From NCBI GenBank assembly GCA_037137755.1, contig JBAXJR010000022.1:1-39213 (forward strand): a stretch of DNA of 39,213 nt. Reading direction: 5' to 3'. This document shows positions 35,839 through 39,213 of the stretch, in pieces. The number at the start of each line of letters is the position of its first letter. Positions within the stretch are counted from its first letter, which is position 1. A program made the translations under genes and the position numbers. The notes under the pieces were generated by a model. The model saw nothing but the letters and a program-made list of their open reading frames with translations, was not told the DNA's origin and searched no databases. The stretch is from Methanomicrobiales archaeon. Lineage in GTDB: Archaea > Halobacteriota > Methanomicrobia > Methanomicrobiales > Methanospirillaceae.

Positions 35839-36978
35839 ATGACATCATACCGGATATTGCCGGTGATTGCAGCCACCATAATTATTATGTGCGTCGTCTG
35901 CACCGGTGGAGCGTTCGCAGCGTTCATCACGATACCGGGTGCTGAAACAGGCCAGGTTGCAGATAGTACATTAGCCAACACCGGGTGGCAGCTGGTCTCG
36001 TATACTAGTGGAAATGCACAGGTACCGGTAGCAACCGGTTCAAAAATTACCCTCAAATTTAATGGAGACGGAAGCATCGGCGGATCCGGCGGTATTAATC
36101 TTTATTTCGGATCCTATACACAAAATGGCAATTCAATTACATTTGGTCCCCTGGGCTGTACCGAGATGGCAGGACCTGAACCGCTGATGGACCAGGAGAG
36201 CAGGTATTTCAGCCTCCTTGATTCAACCAGGACTTCCCATGCCACCGAGAGCACACTTGAGTTATCTGACGCATCGGACCGCATTGTTTTGGTATTCAGG
36301 TCAGATAATTCAGGGAGTTCAAACGGTCCTGCGGTTAAGAATCCTGCAACAGTATTACCTGGGACCGAATGGCAGCTCTCGTCGTATTCAGACGGTACTA
36401 CCGTTGTATCAGGGCAGGACATACGGACTATCACCATGAAATTTAATGATGCGGGCAATCTTAGTGGATTTGGTGGCGTGAACAGCTATTTCGGAAGCTA
36501 TACCCTGGATGGTGAAGCCATCTCCATCGGACCCCTCGCGTCAACAAAGATGGCCGGGCCTGAACCACTTATGACGCTAGAATCCACGTACCTGAACCTG
36601 CTCAATTCAGTAACAGGTGTCACTATTGCCGGGGATTCACTCAGCCTAGCCGATAATGAAGGAAATATCGTCGTAACATTCGAGCCTAAAACTACGGCTC
36701 AACAAGGCAGGTACACGGCATTTATTCCAACCGGTACGTCACATTCGTTTGTACCTCCAGCTACGGGAGGACAATTCCTGACAACAATAAAAGACCGTTT
36801 TTCTAAAACCGGCAGCTGGATAGGATCTACCGGGAGGGTTCCAGTTAAATGGGCACAGCAGGGAAAGGGTACTGTTACCGTCCCGGTTACGGGGAAAAAT
36901 CAAAGGCCATTAACTATGCCACGGATTAATGATTCGGTAATCGCACCTGTGACCTATCCTGGCGGACCTTTATTATAA
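35839..36978 (+). CDS. Secreted protein with two META (HslJ-like) domains
   Basis: Two repeats L..T.WQL.SY...ITL.F...G.GG.N.YFGSY...GPL..T.MAGPEPLM..E..Y..LL; signal-like N-terminus; start among ATG 35818, 35827 and 35839. Confidence 0.87.
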   Translation: MTSYRILPVIAATIIIMCVVCTGGAFAAFITIPGAETGQVADSTLANTGWQLVSYTSGNAQVPVATGSKITLKFNGDGSIGGSGGINLYFGSYTQNGNSITFGPLGCTEMAGPEPLMDQESRYFSLLDSTRTSHATESTLELSDASDRIVLVFRSDNSGSSNGPAVKNPATVLPGTEWQLSSYSDGTTVVSGQDIRTITMKFNDAGNLSGFGGVNSYFGSYTLDGEAISIGPLASTKMAGPEPLMTLESTYLNLLNSVTGVTIAGDSLSLADNEGNIVVTFEPKTTAQQGRYTAFIPTGTSHSFVPPATGGQFLTTIKDRFSKTGSWIGSTGRVPVKWAQQGKGTVTVPVTGKNQRPLTMPRINDSVIAPVTYPGGPLL

Positions 36979-37289
36979 ACCCCTTTTTTATAGCATATTG
37001 CTGTTTGAATAGCGAGGAAATGACCGATAGCATTTCGCGCATAACGTAATCCGGATATTAAAACAAATTCCAGGGGATTGTAAAAAAACGCTGGATTATG
37101 AGATGATCTAAAAATATAACCCATTTATGCCTTTGTTTTATTTTGCGGAAGTTTTTCTCCTGTATCATTTTTCCTTGATACACCGTTCTGAATCAATGCC
37201 TTGTGCCGGATAATTTGTAGGCCGATGGCATGGATATAATGAAAAAAACAGGGGGATATGAACAATATCCTGTCCAGTCTGTTTCAACT

Positions 37290-37961
37290 TCAGGTTTCCA
37301 CAATCTTACCGTCTTTCAGCTGGATAATCCGGTGGAAATAGTCCTTGTGCCAGTCCTCATGAGAGACCATAACAATCGTCTGTTTCATATCTTCATTGAT
37401 CTCCCTGAACAGGTCCAGCACCATTCTCGAGTTTTCTGAGTCAAGATTTGCACAGGGTTCATCGGCGAAGAGGATGTCGGGCTTGTTTACCATGGCACGT
37501 GCGATTGAGACACGCTGCTGTTGGCCACCTGACAGTTCCCGGGGGAGGTGGTCACGCCGGTCGCAGAGGCCGATCTTCTGAAGTATCCCATGACTGTCTT
37601 TGCGGGTCTGCTCTTCAGTCCGGTCCTGCCGCAGCATTGCTGGCAGGGAGACGTTTTCCATCACAGTGAGATCCGGTACCAGTGCATAGTCCTGGAAGAC
37701 ATACCCGAGCTTATATAACCTGAACATGGTCTTCTCATAATCGGTGAGAGATAAAACATCCATTCCATCAATAAGTATCTTTCCTGACGTGGGCTTGTCA
37801 AGGAGGCCGAGCATATGCAGGAGCGTTGTTTTACCACTACCACTTGCCCCCACGATACCGAGGAATTCCCCCTTTTCGATATCGAGCGAAACACCGTCAA
37901 GGGCATTGACCTCGACGTCCCCCATATGATAGGTTTTCCGCAGATCGGTAATCTCGATCAT
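37290..37961 (-). CDS. ABC transporter ATP-binding protein, LolD/MacB family
   Basis: Walker A GASGSGKT, GYVFQ, LSGGQQQRV.IARA, FADEP, VSH. Confidence 0.95.
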   Translation of the reverse strand: MIEITDLRKTYHMGDVEVNALDGVSLDIEKGEFLGIVGASGSGKTTLLHMLGLLDKPTSGKILIDGMDVLSLTDYEKTMFRLYKLGYVFQDYALVPDLTVMENVSLPAMLRQDRTEEQTRKDSHGILQKIGLCDRRDHLPRELSGGQQQRVSIARAMVNKPDILFADEPCANLDSENSRMVLDLFREINEDMKQTIVMVSHEDWHKDYFHRIIQLKDGKIVET

Positions 37962-37962
37962 G

Positions 37963-39183
37963 TCAGGCCCTCATCGCCGTCTGGATATCCTCGCGGGAGA
38001 CCTGGTAGGCCGGGACATACCCGGCAACAACTGCTGCACAAAACAGGATCACGGAGTTGGTAAAAAGATCCCATGGTGTGATATACAGATATGCAGACCA
38101 TTCAGGAGTCACGATGGGATGGACATACATGTATGCCGCGAGAGCGAGCGTGATGATGATCCCGAGGATAATGCCGAGTATGCCGAGGATTATGACCTGA
38201 AACCCGTAATTATGCATGATTACCTGCTTGTCGACGCCGATTGCCTTGAGGATCCCGATCTGCTTACGGCTGTTGAGGGTCTTGATGGTAATGACGATGA
38301 ACAGGACAACCGTCGTTATAATAACACTGACCATCAGGGACACCATATTGATGATAGCAAAGCTCTGAAGTACCTTCCCTACGCTTTTACTCAGCAGGTC
38401 TGTCATTGTCTGGACCTTCCCTTGTTCACCCACACCGTAAGAGAGGAGTTCGTTCTTGATGAACTGCTCGGAATACCCTTGTTTCGTTCTTACGGTGATG
38501 TAGTTAGCCTTGTCCAGCGTTTTTCCTTCCACCTGTTCCATATCGGTCCAGGTTACAAATGCTGCGTTGTCTACCGGACTCCATCCGGTGGAATAGATTC
38601 CCTTGACCCGGTAGTCTTTCGTATATCCATTGCCGTACTCAACCGTGATCGAGTCCCCGACCCGGACACCCCCGAGCGACTCCTGGAATTCATCTTCCTG
38701 GCGAACCGAGGAATCCCCGGCTATCGGTTTACCGATGATGATCTCCCCGGTATCGTCCTCCCCGAGATAACTGCCGGTCACCATTTTCGTGTATACCGGA
38801 GAGACCTCCTTCTCATCCGTGGGAGTTATGGCACGAACGGAAACACCGATAACCCGCTGCCGGTACTTGAAGGTAGCCCCCTTGGAATACTGGGGGGATG
38901 CCCGCTGCACCCCCGGCATACCGTTGATCAGATCGAGCGTGGCATCAAGGTCGGTGATGTACTGGTCACCCGATTTGGGGCTGACCAGGACATTTGAGAC
39001 CTCATAGTCCACCAGCTGTTTTGTGATGCCCTGGCCAATCCCGCTGAACATCGAGGGGAGAAATATCATGTTGGTAAAGCACATCCCTATAATCAGGACG
39101 GTCAGGATCGCGCTTGAGCGGCTCCCCCGCTGGAGTGAACGGAGTGCGAGGAGGAAAGCAACTTTCAGCTCTTTTTTACCCAT
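37963..39183 (-). CDS. ABC transporter permease, MacB/LolE/FtsX family
   Basis: N-terminal TM, large extracytoplasmic domain, RKQIGILKAIG, C-terminal YVPA..VSR. Confidence 0.93.
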   Translation of the reverse strand: MGKKELKVAFLLALRSLQRGSRSSAILTVLIIGMCFTNMIFLPSMFSGIGQGITKQLVDYEVSNVLVSPKSGDQYITDLDATLDLINGMPGVQRASPQYSKGATFKYRQRVIGVSVRAITPTDEKEVSPVYTKMVTGSYLGEDDTGEIIIGKPIAGDSSVRQEDEFQESLGGVRVGDSITVEYGNGYTKDYRVKGIYSTGWSPVDNAAFVTWTDMEQVEGKTLDKANYITVRTKQGYSEQFIKNELLSYGVGEQGKVQTMTDLLSKSVGKVLQSFAIINMVSLMVSVIITTVVLFIVITIKTLNSRKQIGILKAIGVDKQVIMHNYGFQVIILGILGIILGIIITLALAAYMYVHPIVTPEWSAYLYITPWDLFTNSVILFCAAVVAGYVPAYQVSREDIQTAMRA

Positions 39184-39213
39184 GGAAGGGCTCCATTGCC
39201 GTTTTTCCGCGGC
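39165..39213 (-). CDS. Possible 3' end of an upstream gene overlapping the permease start
   Basis: Minus-strand frame PRKNGNGALPWVKKS* ends with TGA at 39165, a basic tail overlapping the permease ATG; only 16 codons visible. Confidence 0.3.
   Translation of the reverse strand, partial: PRKNGNGALPWVKKS

Noticed and set aside
37960-38997. 345-aa plus-strand ORF antisense to the ABC permease
   Set aside because: Shadow ORF fully overlapping a confident gene; no domain signature.

Overview
Gene-dense chromosomal segment from a methanogenic archaeon, most likely Methanomicrobiales. This is inferred from mfnB, methanogenesis marker protein 8, an archaeal class I CCA-adding enzyme, an archaeal pilin-PKD protein and GGTGA-type ribosome-binding sites. 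The first ~12 kb is mostly core: mfnB-guaB, an HSR1-like heat-shock regulator with an Hsp20-like partner, nrdH-nrdD, thpR-cca and marker 8. The rest is accessory: redox proteins (SOR, Bcp, CcdA-like), signalling (PAS-only, short CheR, STAS, REC-PAS-HK, REC), transport (TauE, SatP, MacB/LolCDE-type ABC), phosphate metabolism (CHAD-HD, CBS-PPase), UDG4 and several secreted or surface proteins. I found no rRNA, tRNA, CRISPR array or mobile element. Most notable: (1) a class III ribonucleotide reductase with an intact catalytic barrel but no C-terminal Zn/glycyl-radical domain, which implies a split enzyme; (2) a STAS protein, a small membrane protein and SatP with a TGCAC(CA) array at the satP promoter; (3) a short CheR-MBL hydrolase pair with an apparent ATA start, next to a truncated cheW; (4) an HSR1-type operator; (5) a CcdA-like protein lacking its second catalytic Cys. 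All family calls come from motif recognition by eye, with no database searches.
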